From: Gemmatimonadales bacterium | GTDB taxonomy: Bacteria; Gemmatimonadota; Gemmatimonadetes; Gemmatimonadales; GWC2-71-9 | Length of the DNA stretch: 64,000 nucleotides | Assembly: GCA_037916975.1 (NCBI GenBank) | Contig: JBAIWX010000150.1 | Location: 3,643-67,642 of the forward strand | Direction of reading: 5' to 3' | Part shown: positions 42,383 through 52,112 of the stretch, piece by piece | How positions within the stretch are numbered: the first letter of the stretch is position 1 | Layout of the letters: each line of letters opens with the position of its first letter | Notes under the pieces: model-generated | Told to the model about the DNA's origin: nothing | What the model saw: only the letters and a program-made list of their open reading frames with translations | Databases searched by the model: none | Translations under genes and position numbers: made by a program

Positions 42383-45147
42383 GCCAGGACGCGCAGCTCC
42401 CGTACGACCCCGCCGCGCTCCCGGCCTCCCGGGAGCCGGCGGCGGTGGTCGCCGCCGCCTACGCGGAGGAGGTCGCCGACCTCCTCTACGGCCAGCTCGT
42501 CGAGGTCGTCCGCGAGCGCGAGCCCGCCCTCGAGCGGGTCCTCCAGGGCGAGGCGGACGACCTGCCCGCCGCGCTCCGGCCCCGGGCGCTCCAGGTCCTC
42601 GGGATCTGGCTCCACCTCCTCGGCATCGCCGAGCAGAACGCGGCGATGCGCCGGCGCCGCCAGCTCGAGACGGAGAAGGGCCCGGAGGTCCTGCGCGGGA
42701 GCTTCCTCCTCGCGCTCGAGGACGCCCGGGCCGCCGGCGTCGGTCCCGACGTGGTGCGGGACCTCCTCCGGAACCTCCGCGTCCGTCCCACCGTCACGGC
42801 CCATCCCACCGAGGCCAAGCGCGTCACCGTCCTCGAGCGGCACCGCCGGATCTACCGGCTCCTCGTGGACCTCGAGTCGCCCCGGTGGACCCCGCGCGAG
42901 CGCCAGGCCCTCCAGCAGGGCGTCCGCAACGAGATCGCGCTCCTCTGGATGACCGGCGAGCTCCGGCTCGAGAAGCCGACGGTGGAGCAGGAGGTGTACT
43001 GGGCGCTCCACTTCTTCAACGAGACGCTCTTCGAGCAGGTCCCGCTCCTGCACGAGCGGCTCGAGCGCGCGCTCCAGCAGGTGTGGCCGGGGGAGGACTT
43101 CGAGGTCCCCTCGGTGCTGCAGTTCGGCTGCTGGGTGGGCGGCGACCGCGACGGCAACCCGTACGTCACGAACGACGTGACGCGCTGGACCCTCAACCAG
43201 AACCGCCTCAACGCCCTGGGCCGCTACCAGCGCCGCCTCGCGGACCTCGTGCGGACCCTGAGCGTGAGCGAGCGCAGCGTCCCCGTGCCCGCGGAGTTCC
43301 GGCGGGCGCTCGAGCGGCGGCTCGCCGAGTCGGGGGTGGCGGAGCAGATCACGCAGCGCAACCCCGGCGAGGTGTTCCGCCAGTTCCTGAGCTGCGCCCT
43401 GCGCAAGCTCGACGCCGCGATCGCGTCGGCGCAGGCGGGGGTCACGGAGCCCCCGGCCGGGGCGTTCCGGGGCGCCGACGAGCTGCTGGCCGACCTCCGG
43501 CTGCTCGAGCAGGCGGTCGCCTCGGCGTGCGGCGCGGCGATCGCGCAGGCGTACGTGCGGCCGGTGCGCCGCGAGGTGGAACTGTTCCGCTTCAGCACCG
43601 TGCGGCTCGACGTCCGCGAGAACACCACGCGCCTCGGCGAGGCGCTCGGCGCGCTCTGGCGGCTGCGCACGGGGCGGCTGGACGCCGACCCGCCCGACCC
43701 GAAGTCCGACGAGTGGCTCGCCTGGCTCCAGGGGGAGCTCGCCCGGCCGCGCTTCGAGGAACTGCGGCTCCAGGCGCTGCCGGCGGGGGCGCAGGAGACG
43801 GTGGGCCTCTTCCGGCTCGTGGCCGAGATGCGCGAGCAGGTGGACCGGGAGGCGTTCGGCGCGTTCATCCTCTCCATGACGCACTCCGCCGCCGACGTGC
43901 TCGGCGCGTACCTCCTCGCGAAGGAGGGCGGCCTCTTCCCGGACCAGCACGGCACCGAGCGCTGCGTCCTGCCGATCGTCCCGCTCTTCGAGACGATCGA
44001 CGACCTCCGCCGCGCGCCCGCGATCATGCGCGAACTGCTCGCCGTGCCGCTCGTGCGGCGCAGCCTCCGTGACCAGGGCGGCGTGCAGGAGGTGATGATC
44101 GGCTACTCCGACTCCAACAAGGACGGCGGCTTCTTCACCGCCAACTGGGAGCTCTACACCGCCCAGATGCGCCTCACCCGCCTCGGGCGCGAGCTCGGCG
44201 TGCCGATCGGCTTCTTCCACGGGCGCGGCGGCTCGGTGAGCCGGGGCGGAGCGCCGACGGGGCGCGCGATCGCCGCCCAGCCCGCCGGCTCCATCAACGG
44301 CTGGTTCCGCCTCACCGAGCAGGGCGAGGTCGTGTCGTACAAGTACGCCAACCGCGGCACCGCCGGGTACCAGCTCGAGCTGCTCGCCTCGGCGGTGCTG
44401 CAGCACGCGCTCGTCTCCGAGCGCGAGGCGGCGCTCAAGCCGGTCGGCGAGTACGACGAGGCGCTGGAGGCCATCTCCGGCGCGTCCTTCGCGGCCTATC
44501 GCCGGTTCGTGGAGCACCCCGACCTGCTCGCGTACGTCCAGCAGGCGAGCCCCCTCGAGGAGATCGCGCTCCTCAACCTCGGCTCCCGGCCCGCGCGGCG
44601 GTTCGGCGCGCGCTCGCTCGGCGACCTGCGGGCCATCCCGTGGGTCTTCGCGTGGAGCCAGAACGGGCACAACGTGCCGGGATGGTTCGGGGTGGGCGCC
44701 GGGCTCGAGACCTTCCTGCAGGTGCGTGGCGAGCGCGGGGAGCGGCTGCTCCGGCGGATGTTCCAGGACTCGCGGCTCTTCCGCCTCATCATCGACGAGG
44801 TGGAGAAGACCCTCGTGAAGGTGGACCTCGACATCGCGCGCGAGTTCGCCGCGCTGGTGCCGGATGCGCGGGCCCGGGACGAGGTCTTCGGGATGGTGGA
44901 GGAGGAATACCACCGGACCGTCCGCGCGGTCCTGCGCGTCACCGGGGCGTCGTCGGTCGCCGAGCGGTTCCCCCGCTACGTCCGCCAGTACATGCGGCGC
45001 CAGCCGACGGTACGCGAGGCGAGCCGGCTCCAGGTCGCCTACCTGCGCGAGTATCGCGGCGCCTCCGGCGAGGCCGCACGGGAGGCGCTGCAGGGCCTCC
45101 TGCTCTCGTTCAACTGCGTGGCGACGGGCCTGGGCTGGACGGGCTGA
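42379..45147 (+). CDS. ppc: Phosphoenolpyruvate carboxylase
   Basis: 922 aa with VTAHPTEAKR, FGCWVGGDRDGNP, MIGYSDSNKDGG, FHGRGGSVSRGGAP and C-terminal ...NCVATGLGWTG. The GTG overlaps the hprA stop (GTGA). Confidence 0.9.
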   Translation: MSQDAQLPYDPAALPASREPAAVVAAAYAEEVADLLYGQLVEVVREREPALERVLQGEADDLPAALRPRALQVLGIWLHLLGIAEQNAAMRRRRQLETEKGPEVLRGSFLLALEDARAAGVGPDVVRDLLRNLRVRPTVTAHPTEAKRVTVLERHRRIYRLLVDLESPRWTPRERQALQQGVRNEIALLWMTGELRLEKPTVEQEVYWALHFFNETLFEQVPLLHERLERALQQVWPGEDFEVPSVLQFGCWVGGDRDGNPYVTNDVTRWTLNQNRLNALGRYQRRLADLVRTLSVSERSVPVPAEFRRALERRLAESGVAEQITQRNPGEVFRQFLSCALRKLDAAIASAQAGVTEPPAGAFRGADELLADLRLLEQAVASACGAAIAQAYVRPVRREVELFRFSTVRLDVRENTTRLGEALGALWRLRTGRLDADPPDPKSDEWLAWLQGELARPRFEELRLQALPAGAQETVGLFRLVAEMREQVDREAFGAFILSMTHSAADVLGAYLLAKEGGLFPDQHGTERCVLPIVPLFETIDDLRRAPAIMRELLAVPLVRRSLRDQGGVQEVMIGYSDSNKDGGFFTANWELYTAQMRLTRLGRELGVPIGFFHGRGGSVSRGGAPTGRAIAAQPAGSINGWFRLTEQGEVVSYKYANRGTAGYQLELLASAVLQHALVSEREAALKPVGEYDEALEAISGASFAAYRRFVEHPDLLAYVQQASPLEEIALLNLGSRPARRFGARSLGDLRAIPWVFAWSQNGHNVPGWFGVGAGLETFLQVRGERGERLLRRMFQDSRLFRLIIDEVEKTLVKVDLDIAREFAALVPDARARDEVFGMVEEEYHRTVRAVLRVTGASSVAERFPRYVRQYMRRQPTVREASRLQVAYLREYRGASGEAAREALQGLLLSFNCVATGLGWTG

Positions 45148-45174
45148 GGGCGCCGCCTGCCCGCCGACACGATC

Positions 45175-45205
45175 ACGGCGCGCCGGTCCCCGACCGGCGC
45201 GCCGT
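45175..45205. terminator. Bidirectional perfect hairpin between convergent ppc and rlmN
   Basis: ACGGCGCGCCGGTC-CCC-GACCGGCGCGCCGT is a perfect 14-bp stem. Confidence 0.6.
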
Positions 45206-45231
45206 CGTTCGTCCGGGGGCCCCGCCGGCGC

Positions 45232-46317
45232 TCAGGCGGCGGGATCGCCCGCGGCGGCGCGACGCCGCTTCCGCTCCACCTCGACGCGGAGCTGGCCGCA
45301 CGCGGCGTTGATGTCGAGGCCCCGGCTCCGGCGCACCGAGGCCTCGACGCCGTGCGCCCGGAGGCGCTCGGCGAACGCGCGGATGCGGCCGGCCGGCGTG
45401 GGCGCGAGCCCCGCCTCCCCGCCCGGGTGGAGCGGGAGCAGGTTCACGAGCGCGCCGAGCTTCTTCGCGTGCGCGGCCAGGCGGTCGGCATCGGCATCGG
45501 TGTCGTTCCGGCCGCTGATCAGGACGTACTCGAAGGTCACGCGCTTCCGGAACGCTTTCGCCGCCTCGAGCACGGCCGCTAGGTCGTACTTCTTCTCCAC
45601 GGGCATGATCGCGCGCCGCCGCTCCGCCGTCGGCGCGTGCAGCGAGATCGCGAGCCGGAACTGCTCCGGCCGCTTCGCGAACTCGGCCATCCCGGGCAGG
45701 ATGCCGACCGTGGAGACCGTGATGTGCCGCGCCCCGATGCCGAGGCCCTCGGGGTCGTTGAGGATCGTGAGCGTCACGTCCACCGCCGGCCAGTTGAGGA
45801 GCGGCTCGCCCATCCCCATGAACACGATGTTGGTCGGCTTGTCGGCCGGGTCGCGGAGCACCACCTCCCGCACCTGCCCCGCGATCTCCGCGGGGGAGAG
45901 GTTCCGCCGGAAGCCCATCGTGCCGGTGGCGCAGAAGACGCAGCCCAGCGCGCACCCCGCCTGAGAGGAGATGCACAGCGTGCGGCGCGTCCCGGAGGGG
46001 ATCAGGACCGACTCGACCAGCTCGCCGTCGTGCAGGCGCCAGAGGAACTTCTGCGTCCCGTCCTGCGACTGCTGGATCGTCACCGCCTCGAGCCGGGGGA
46101 GGGGCAGCTCCCGGTCGAGTTGCTCCCGGAGCGCCTTCGGCAGGTCGGTCGCATCGGCCCATGCCGCCACCGGCTGCAGCCACAGGCGCCGGTGCAGCTG
46201 CGTCGCACGGTACGCGGGGAGGCCGGCCGCCTGCACCCAGGCGGCGAGACGCTCCCGCGCGGCGGCGGGTGTCAGGTCGAGCAGGGAGGCGGGGGCCTCG
46301 GCGCGGCGGCTCGTCAT
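45232..46317 (-). CDS. rlmN: 23S rRNA/tRNA (adenine-C2)-methyltransferase RlmN (radical SAM)
   Basis: Radical-SAM cluster motif GCALGCVFCATG, plus GMGEPLLN and INAACGQL. The start ATG 46317 (MTSRRAE...) is taken within the longer track ORF. Confidence 0.9.
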   Translation of the reverse strand: MTSRRAEAPASLLDLTPAAARERLAAWVQAAGLPAYRATQLHRRLWLQPVAAWADATDLPKALREQLDRELPLPRLEAVTIQQSQDGTQKFLWRLHDGELVESVLIPSGTRRTLCISSQAGCALGCVFCATGTMGFRRNLSPAEIAGQVREVVLRDPADKPTNIVFMGMGEPLLNWPAVDVTLTILNDPEGLGIGARHITVSTVGILPGMAEFAKRPEQFRLAISLHAPTAERRRAIMPVEKKYDLAAVLEAAKAFRKRVTFEYVLISGRNDTDADADRLAAHAKKLGALVNLLPLHPGGEAGLAPTPAGRIRAFAERLRAHGVEASVRRSRGLDINAACGQLRVEVERKRRRAAAGDPAA

Positions 46318-46389
46318 GGCCGAAAGATAAGCCCCGCGCGGGCTTCCGGGGCCCGGAGCGGGCCCGCGGACGGCTGTGTGCCGCGCCCG

Positions 46390-46464
46390 TTGCAAGATCA
46401 CGTGAAAGTGGTCTAAATCTAGGCAAAACAATCGCTTGCATCGCTTCGGCGCGCGGGTTACCTT
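46390..46464 (+). promoter_or_regulatory. AT-rich divergent promoter region (two candidate sigma70 promoters towards aspS)
   Basis: TTGCAA-N18-TAAATC (46390-46419) and TTGCAT-N17-TACCTT (46436-46464) lie in the 250-bp rlmN/aspS spacer. This is the only low-GC patch in that spacer. Confidence 0.3.
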
Positions 46465-46567
46465 GTCCAAGGAAGCCCTTCATCAAGCCAGCGCAGCGCC
46501 GGGTGCCGGCGCGCCAGACGAGGAACGGGATGACGACGATCGAGGTTCGGCAGGCGGGAGCGCACGC

Positions 46568-48355
46568 ATGACGGGTGCGGTCACGGCGAGCGCCACGTCC
46601 CTGCGCACACACCGGTGCGGGGCGCTGTCGCGGGCGGAGGTGGGGCAAGTGGTCCGGCTCGGCGGGTGGGTGCACCGCAAGCGCGACCTGGGCGGCCTCG
46701 TGTTCATCGACCTGCGCGACCGCGCGGGGATCGTGCAGCTCTCGTGCGACCCCCGCTGGACGCCGCCGGAGGTCATGGCGCGCGCCGCGGAGGCGGGGAC
46801 CGAGTCCGTCCTGCTGGTGACGGGCACGGTGGACCTGCGTCCCGAGAGCGCGCGCGACAGCGCGCTCGCGACGCGCGATATCGAGGTGCACGTCACCGCG
46901 CTCGAGGTGGCGGGGCCGGCCGCCACGCCGGCGATCCCGGTCGCGCGCAAGGAGGGCGAGGAACTGCCCGCGGAGGAGCTCCGCCTCAAGCACCGCATCC
47001 TCGACCTCCGCCGCCCCGAGCTGCAGGCGAACCTCGTGCTGCGCCACCGCCTGCTGCAGCGGGCGCGGCGGACGCTCACCGAGCTCGACTTCCTCGAGGT
47101 CGAGACGCCGATCCTGACGAAGCCCACCCCCGAGGGCGCCCGGGACTACCTGGTGCCGAGCCGGATCCACCCGGGCGAGTTCTACGCGCTGCCGCAGTCG
47201 CCGCAGATCTACAAGCAGCTGCTCATGGTGGCGGGCTACGACCGCTACTTCCAGATCGCGCGCTGCTTCCGCGACGAGGACCTGCGGGCCGACCGGCAGC
47301 CGGAGTTCACCCAGATCGACCTCGAGGCGTCCTTCGTCACCGCGGAGGACGTGCAGGGGTGCATCGAGCGGGTGCTCGTGGACCTCTGGGCCGAGGCGGG
47401 GCACGCGGTCGCGACGCCGTTCCCGCGCCTCGCGTGGCGCGATGCGATGGAGCGCTACGGCATCGACAAGCCGGACCTTCGCTTCGGCTTCGAACTGCGG
47501 GACCTCTCGGCGCACGTCGGCCCCGACGCCGCCCCGTTCGTGCACGAGGCGCTCGCCGCGAAGGGGCGGCTCCGGGGCATCGTGGCGCCGGGGCTCGGGA
47601 GCGTGAGCCGCAAGGAGCTCGACCAGTTCACGGCCGCGGCGAAGGATGGCGGCGCGGGCGGGCTCATCTGGGCGCGGCGCACCGCGGCCGGGTGGGAGGG
47701 CCAGGGGGTGAAGGCGGTCGGGGCCGCCTTCCTCGAGCGCCTCGGCGGCGCCGAGGGGGACCTGCTGCTGGCGGTGACGGGCCCGGACACGGTCACGTCG
47801 CCCGCGCTGCACAACGTCCGTACGCACCTCTGCCGGCGCCCGGGCGTCACGCCGTCCACGGCGCACGCCTTCTGCTGGGTGGTGGACTTCCCGCTCTTCG
47901 AGCTGGACCCGGCCACCGGGGCGCACGTGCCGGCGCACCATCCGTTCACGGCCCCGCACGCCGACGACGTGCACAAGCTCGAGTCGCACCCGTGGGAGTG
48001 CCGCGCGCTCCATTACGACGCGGTGTACAACGGCAACGAGCTCGGGAGCGGCTCCATCCGGATCACGAACCCCGCGGTGCAGCAGGTGATCTTCCGGCTG
48101 CTCGGGATTCCCGAGGCCGAGATCCGCCGGCGCTTCGGCTTCCTGCTCGACGGGCTCGCGGCGGGCGCCCCGCCGCACGGCGGCTTCGCGCTGGGCTTCG
48201 ACCGGATCGCGATGCTGCTGGCGGGCGCGCCGTCGCTCCGCGACGTGATCGCGTTCCCCAAGACGACCGCGGCGCGCGCGCTCTTCGAGGGTGCGCCGAC
48301 GCCGGTCAACGACGACGACCTCCAGGTGCTGCACCTCCGGGTGCGGACGGACTGA
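46568..48355 (+). CDS. aspS: Aspartate--tRNA ligase
   Basis: VFIDLRDRAGIVQ, motif 2 FRDEDLRADRQPEFTQID and motif 3 GGFALGFDRIAMLL. ATG 46568 is preceded by GGGAG. Confidence 0.9.
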   Translation: MTGAVTASATSLRTHRCGALSRAEVGQVVRLGGWVHRKRDLGGLVFIDLRDRAGIVQLSCDPRWTPPEVMARAAEAGTESVLLVTGTVDLRPESARDSALATRDIEVHVTALEVAGPAATPAIPVARKEGEELPAEELRLKHRILDLRRPELQANLVLRHRLLQRARRTLTELDFLEVETPILTKPTPEGARDYLVPSRIHPGEFYALPQSPQIYKQLLMVAGYDRYFQIARCFRDEDLRADRQPEFTQIDLEASFVTAEDVQGCIERVLVDLWAEAGHAVATPFPRLAWRDAMERYGIDKPDLRFGFELRDLSAHVGPDAAPFVHEALAAKGRLRGIVAPGLGSVSRKELDQFTAAAKDGGAGGLIWARRTAAGWEGQGVKAVGAAFLERLGGAEGDLLLAVTGPDTVTSPALHNVRTHLCRRPGVTPSTAHAFCWVVDFPLFELDPATGAHVPAHHPFTAPHADDVHKLESHPWECRALHYDAVYNGNELGSGSIRITNPAVQQVIFRLLGIPEAEIRRRFGFLLDGLAAGAPPHGGFALGFDRIAMLLAGAPSLRDVIAFPKTTAARALFEGAPTPVNDDDLQVLHLRVRTD

Positions 48356-48359
48356 CCGC

Positions 48360-49313
48360 GTGGCCGACGACGTCTCCCATCGCCTCTCCACGGAGGGCGC
48401 CGACCCGCTGCTCCTCGCCGGGGTGGCCGACGCGAACCTCCTCGAGCTGCAGCGCTCCCTCGGCGTGCGCGTCGGCTTCCGCGGCGACGCCCTCACCGTG
48501 GCGGGCCCGCTCGAGCTCGTCGAGCGCGCCACGCCGGTGATCCAGGGGATGATCGACCTCGCCCGCATGGGCGAGGCGGTGACCCCGGAGGACGTGCAGC
48601 GCCTCGCCGCCGACGGCCAGGTGACGGAGCTCCCGGCGCAGGCCGCCGACGGGCGCATCGTGCTGCCCGGGCTCCGGCGCGCGATCGTCGCGAAGACCCA
48701 GGGGCAGCGCGAGTACCTGCAGGCGATCGCCCAGAACGACATCGTGGTGGGCATCGGGCCGGCGGGCACGGGCAAGACGTACCTCGCGGTGGCGAAGGCG
48801 GTCGAGGCACTCGCGCGCAAGCGCGTCCGGCGCATCGTCCTCGCGCGCCCCGCGGTCGAGGCGGGCGAGTCCCTCGGCTTCCTGCCGGGCGACCTGCAGG
48901 CGAAGGTGGACCCCTACCTGCGGCCGCTCTACGACGCGCTCGAGGACATGATGCCGCACGACCGCGTGCAGCGCGCCCTCGAGACCCGCACGATCGAGAT
49001 CGCCCCGCTCGCCTACATGCGCGGGCGGACGCTCAACGACGCGTTCATCATCCTCGATGAGGCCCAGAACGCGACCGGCGCGCAGATGAAGATGTTCCTG
49101 ACGCGGCTCGGCGCGAACAGCAAGACCGTCGTGACGGGCGACAAGACGCAGATCGACCTCCCGCGCCGAGAGGACTCCGGCCTCGTGCAGGTGGAGCGGG
49201 TCCTGCCCGGCATCGACGGCATCGCCTTCTGCTACCTGGGGGAGGGTGACGTCGTCCGCCACCGGCTGGTGAAGGAGATCATCCGCGCGTACGCCGAGGA
49301 CCAGAACGGCTAG
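48360..49313 (+). CDS. phoH: PhoH-like ATPase
   Basis: Walker A GPAGTGKTYLAV, plus ILDEAQN. The GTG lies 4 nt after the aspS stop. Confidence 0.9.
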   Translation: MADDVSHRLSTEGADPLLLAGVADANLLELQRSLGVRVGFRGDALTVAGPLELVERATPVIQGMIDLARMGEAVTPEDVQRLAADGQVTELPAQAADGRIVLPGLRRAIVAKTQGQREYLQAIAQNDIVVGIGPAGTGKTYLAVAKAVEALARKRVRRIVLARPAVEAGESLGFLPGDLQAKVDPYLRPLYDALEDMMPHDRVQRALETRTIEIAPLAYMRGRTLNDAFIILDEAQNATGAQMKMFLTRLGANSKTVVTGDKTQIDLPRREDSGLVQVERVLPGIDGIAFCYLGEGDVVRHRLVKEIIRAYAEDQNG

Positions 49314-49315
49314 CG

Positions 49316-49756
49316 ATGACGCGGGGCGCGGCGGGCGCACCGGGCGAGGTGCGGGTGGCGGGGCGGCGGCCGGCGCTCCCGGCGGCGACGGTGCGACGGG
49401 TGGTGGCCGCCGTGCTGGCCGGGGAGCGCCGCCGCGCGCAGGTCTCCGTCACCTTCCTCGGCCGTGACGCCATGCGCGCCCTCAACGCCCGCTGGCTCGG
49501 CCACGACCGCCCCACCGACGTGATCGCCTTCGGGCTCCCGCAGCCCGGCGGCGGGCTCGCCGGCGACGTGTACGTCTGCCGCTGGGCGGCCGAGCGGGAG
49601 GCGCGCCGCCGGCGGATCCCGCTCCGCCGCGAGCTGGTGCGCCTCGTCGTCCACGGCACCCTCCACGTCCTCGGGCACGACCACCCCGAGGGGCCCGAGC
49701 GGGAGCGCTCGCCGATGTGGCGGCGGCAGGAACGCTACGTCGAGGCGCTCGCCTGA
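49316..49756 (+). CDS. ybeY: rRNA maturation endoribonuclease YbeY
   Basis: Zn-binding motif HGTLHVLGHDH. Confidence 0.9.
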   Translation: MTRGAAGAPGEVRVAGRRPALPAATVRRVVAAVLAGERRRAQVSVTFLGRDAMRALNARWLGHDRPTDVIAFGLPQPGGGLAGDVYVCRWAAEREARRRRIPLRRELVRLVVHGTLHVLGHDHPEGPERERSPMWRRQERYVEALA

Positions 49757-50940
49757 TGGCGGCCCTCCAGCTCTTCCTCGCGCCGCTCGTCGCGATCGCG
49801 CTCACGTTCTGGGCGGCCTGGCTCGCCCTCGCCGCGGAGGCGGACCCCGACCGCCCCCGCGCGCTCGCGGGGCAGCTCCGCCTGCGCTCGCCGCTCGCCG
49901 AGGCGCGCAGCCTCCACCTCTGCCACCTGCTGCTCCTCGTGCTCGCCGGCGTCGCCGCGGGCGGCGCGATGGCGTGGTGGACCTGGCCGGGGCTCGCGGG
50001 CGTCGCGCGGCTCGTCGCCGCCGTCGCGCTCGTCTGGGTCGTGGGCGACCTGCTGCCGCGGCTCCTCGGGACCCTCGCCCCCGAGCTGGCGCGCCCCGCG
50101 CGCGCCGCGGCGCTCGGCACGCTCGTGCCGTTCGGGCCGGTCCTGCGGGCCTTCGCCCGGCTCGAGGCCCGCGCCGGTGCCGCGCCGACGCCGGCCCGTG
50201 CGGCTCAGGCGGGGGAGCGCGACATGCTCACCGGCGTCTTCGCCCTCCGCGAGACGACCGTCGCCGAGGTGATGACGCCGCGCATCGACATCGCCGCGGT
50301 GGACGTGATGATGGACCGGGACGAGGTCGTCGCGATGCTGCGCGCGTCGGAGCACGCGCGGCTCCTCGTCTACGACGGCCACCCCGACAACGTGGCGGGC
50401 GTCCTGTACGCCAAGGACGTCCTCGCGCGGCTCTCCGGGCCCGAGGCGGACGCGCCGTGGCCCGAGCTGATCCGGCCCGCGGCGTTCGTCCCCGAGGGGA
50501 AGACGCTCGACCGCCAGCTCCGGGACTTCAAGCGCGGCCCGGGCCACTTGGCCGTGGTGGTGGACGAGTTCGGCGGGACGGCCGGCATCGTGACGCTCGA
50601 GGACATCCTCGAGCAGATCGTCGGCGAGATCCGCGACGAGCACGACATCGACGAGGTGGCCCCCGTGACGGCGCTCGGCGGGGACGCGTGGCGGGTGCAG
50701 GGCGGCGTCGGGCTCACCGAGCTGGAGGGGCTGCTGGGCCACCGGTTCGCCCGGGAGGACGTGAGCACCGTGGGCGGGCTCGTCCTCGCGGAGCTCGGCC
50801 GCGTCCCGCGCGCGGGGGAGCAGCTCACCCTCGACGGCTTCACCCTGACCGTCGAGCAGGTGGCGCGCCGCCGGGTGCGCCGCGTGACGGTGAAGCGCCT
50901 CCCCGCCGAGGCGCCCGCGCCCGAGGAGGCGGCCCGGTGA
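49756..50940 (+). CDS. CNNM/DUF21-CBS-CorC_HlyC family transporter-associated protein (copy 1)
   Basis: N-terminal TM (DUF21-like) region, a CBS pair (VAEVMTPRIDI..., AVVVDEFGGTAGIVTLEDILEQIVGEI) and a CorC_HlyC C-terminus. The ATG shares 1 nt with the ybeY stop. Confidence 0.85.
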   Translation: MAALQLFLAPLVAIALTFWAAWLALAAEADPDRPRALAGQLRLRSPLAEARSLHLCHLLLLVLAGVAAGGAMAWWTWPGLAGVARLVAAVALVWVVGDLLPRLLGTLAPELARPARAAALGTLVPFGPVLRAFARLEARAGAAPTPARAAQAGERDMLTGVFALRETTVAEVMTPRIDIAAVDVMMDRDEVVAMLRASEHARLLVYDGHPDNVAGVLYAKDVLARLSGPEADAPWPELIRPAAFVPEGKTLDRQLRDFKRGPGHLAVVVDEFGGTAGIVTLEDILEQIVGEIRDEHDIDEVAPVTALGGDAWRVQGGVGLTELEGLLGHRFAREDVSTVGGLVLAELGRVPRAGEQLTLDGFTLTVEQVARRRVRRVTVKRLPAEAPAPEEAAR

Positions 50941-52112
50941 TCTGGACCGTGTTCCTCTTGGGGCTCGTCGTCGCGGCCTTCGGCGCCACCGCGGGCGGCG
51001 CGCTGGTGGCCACGAGCCGTGCGGAGCTCGCGCGCTACGTCGCCGCGCGGCTCCGGGGCGTCCCGGCCGAGACGGGGCGCCTCGGCGAGGTCGAGACGCT
51101 CCTCGTCGCGGCGTCGTCCACGACGGCGCTCGGCGTGCTCGTCCTGGGTGCGTCGCTGCCGGCGCTCGTCGTCGGCGAGGGGGTGCTCCCGTCCCTCGGC
51201 GGCCTCGTCTTCGTCGGCGTGCCCGTGGTGCTCGCGGCCGGGTACTTCCTTCCGCGCTGGCTCACGGAGCGGCGGGCGGAGGCGGTGGCGCGCGCGGTGC
51301 TGCCGGCGCTCCGGCCGTGGGCCCGCTTCGTCGGGCTCCTCCTGCCGGCGGCCGGGCCGCAGCAGCGCTTCCGCGCGATCCAGCGCGAGGGCGGTTCGCT
51401 CGACGCGGACGCCGAGGGGGAGCTGTCGCTGATGGGGGGCGTGCTCACCTTCGCCCAGCGGCCGGTGCGCGAGGTCATGACGCCGCGCACGGACATCGTC
51501 GCGATCAGCGAGTACGCGCCGGTCGAGGAGATCACGGCGGTGTTCGCCCAGAGCGGCTACAGCCGGATCCCGGTCTTCCGCGGCACGCTCGACGAGATCG
51601 TCGGCATGCTGCACGCCTTCGACCTCTTCCGCCTCCGGCCCGGCGCGCCCCTCCCGGTGCGGCCGGTGACGGCCGCGCCGGCGAGCCGCGGGTGCGCCGA
51701 CCTGCTGGTGGACATGCAGCGGGAGCGGCGGCACATGGCGGTCGTGCTCGACGAGTACGGCGGCACCCTGGGGGTCGTGACGCTCGACGACCTCCTCGAG
51801 GCGATGGTGGGCGAGATCGCCGAGGACGAGCCGGTGGCGCCGGGCGCCGGGGCGCCGCTGCTCGAGGCCGACGGCGGCCTTGCGCGCGACGCCGTGGAGG
51901 AGCGCTTCGACGTGCGCCTCCCGCCGGCGCGCGCCGCCACGATCGGCGGGCTCGTGGCGGAGCTCGCGGGCCGGATCCCGAACGCCGGGGAGCGCTTCGT
52001 CGCCGCCGGGCTCGAGTTCGACGTGCTGCAGGCCTCCCCGACGCGCATCGAGCGCGTCGTCATCCGGCCGGTCCCGCCGGCCCCCGTCCCCCTCCCGGAG
52101 GGTGCCGCGTGA
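50937..52112 (+). CDS. CNNM/DUF21-CBS-CorC_HlyC family protein (copy 2, tandem paralogue)
   Basis: Same architecture as copy 1 (VREVMTPRTDI..., AVVLDEYGGTLGVVTLDDLLEAMVGEI). The GTG overlaps the upstream stop (GTGA). Confidence 0.85.
   Translation: MIWTVFLLGLVVAAFGATAGGALVATSRAELARYVAARLRGVPAETGRLGEVETLLVAASSTTALGVLVLGASLPALVVGEGVLPSLGGLVFVGVPVVLAAGYFLPRWLTERRAEAVARAVLPALRPWARFVGLLLPAAGPQQRFRAIQREGGSLDADAEGELSLMGGVLTFAQRPVREVMTPRTDIVAISEYAPVEEITAVFAQSGYSRIPVFRGTLDEIVGMLHAFDLFRLRPGAPLPVRPVTAAPASRGCADLLVDMQRERRHMAVVLDEYGGTLGVVTLDDLLEAMVGEIAEDEPVAPGAGAPLLEADGGLARDAVEERFDVRLPPARAATIGGLVAELAGRIPNAGERFVAAGLEFDVLQASPTRIERVVIRPVPPAPVPLPEGAA

Noticed and set aside
46318-46567. T-box or another leader riboswitch upstream of aspS; M-box upstream of mgtE or corA.
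   Set aside because: No specifier-loop/T-box sequence or M-box-like conserved core was recognised. mgtE has no leader at all because its GTG overlaps the upstream stop.
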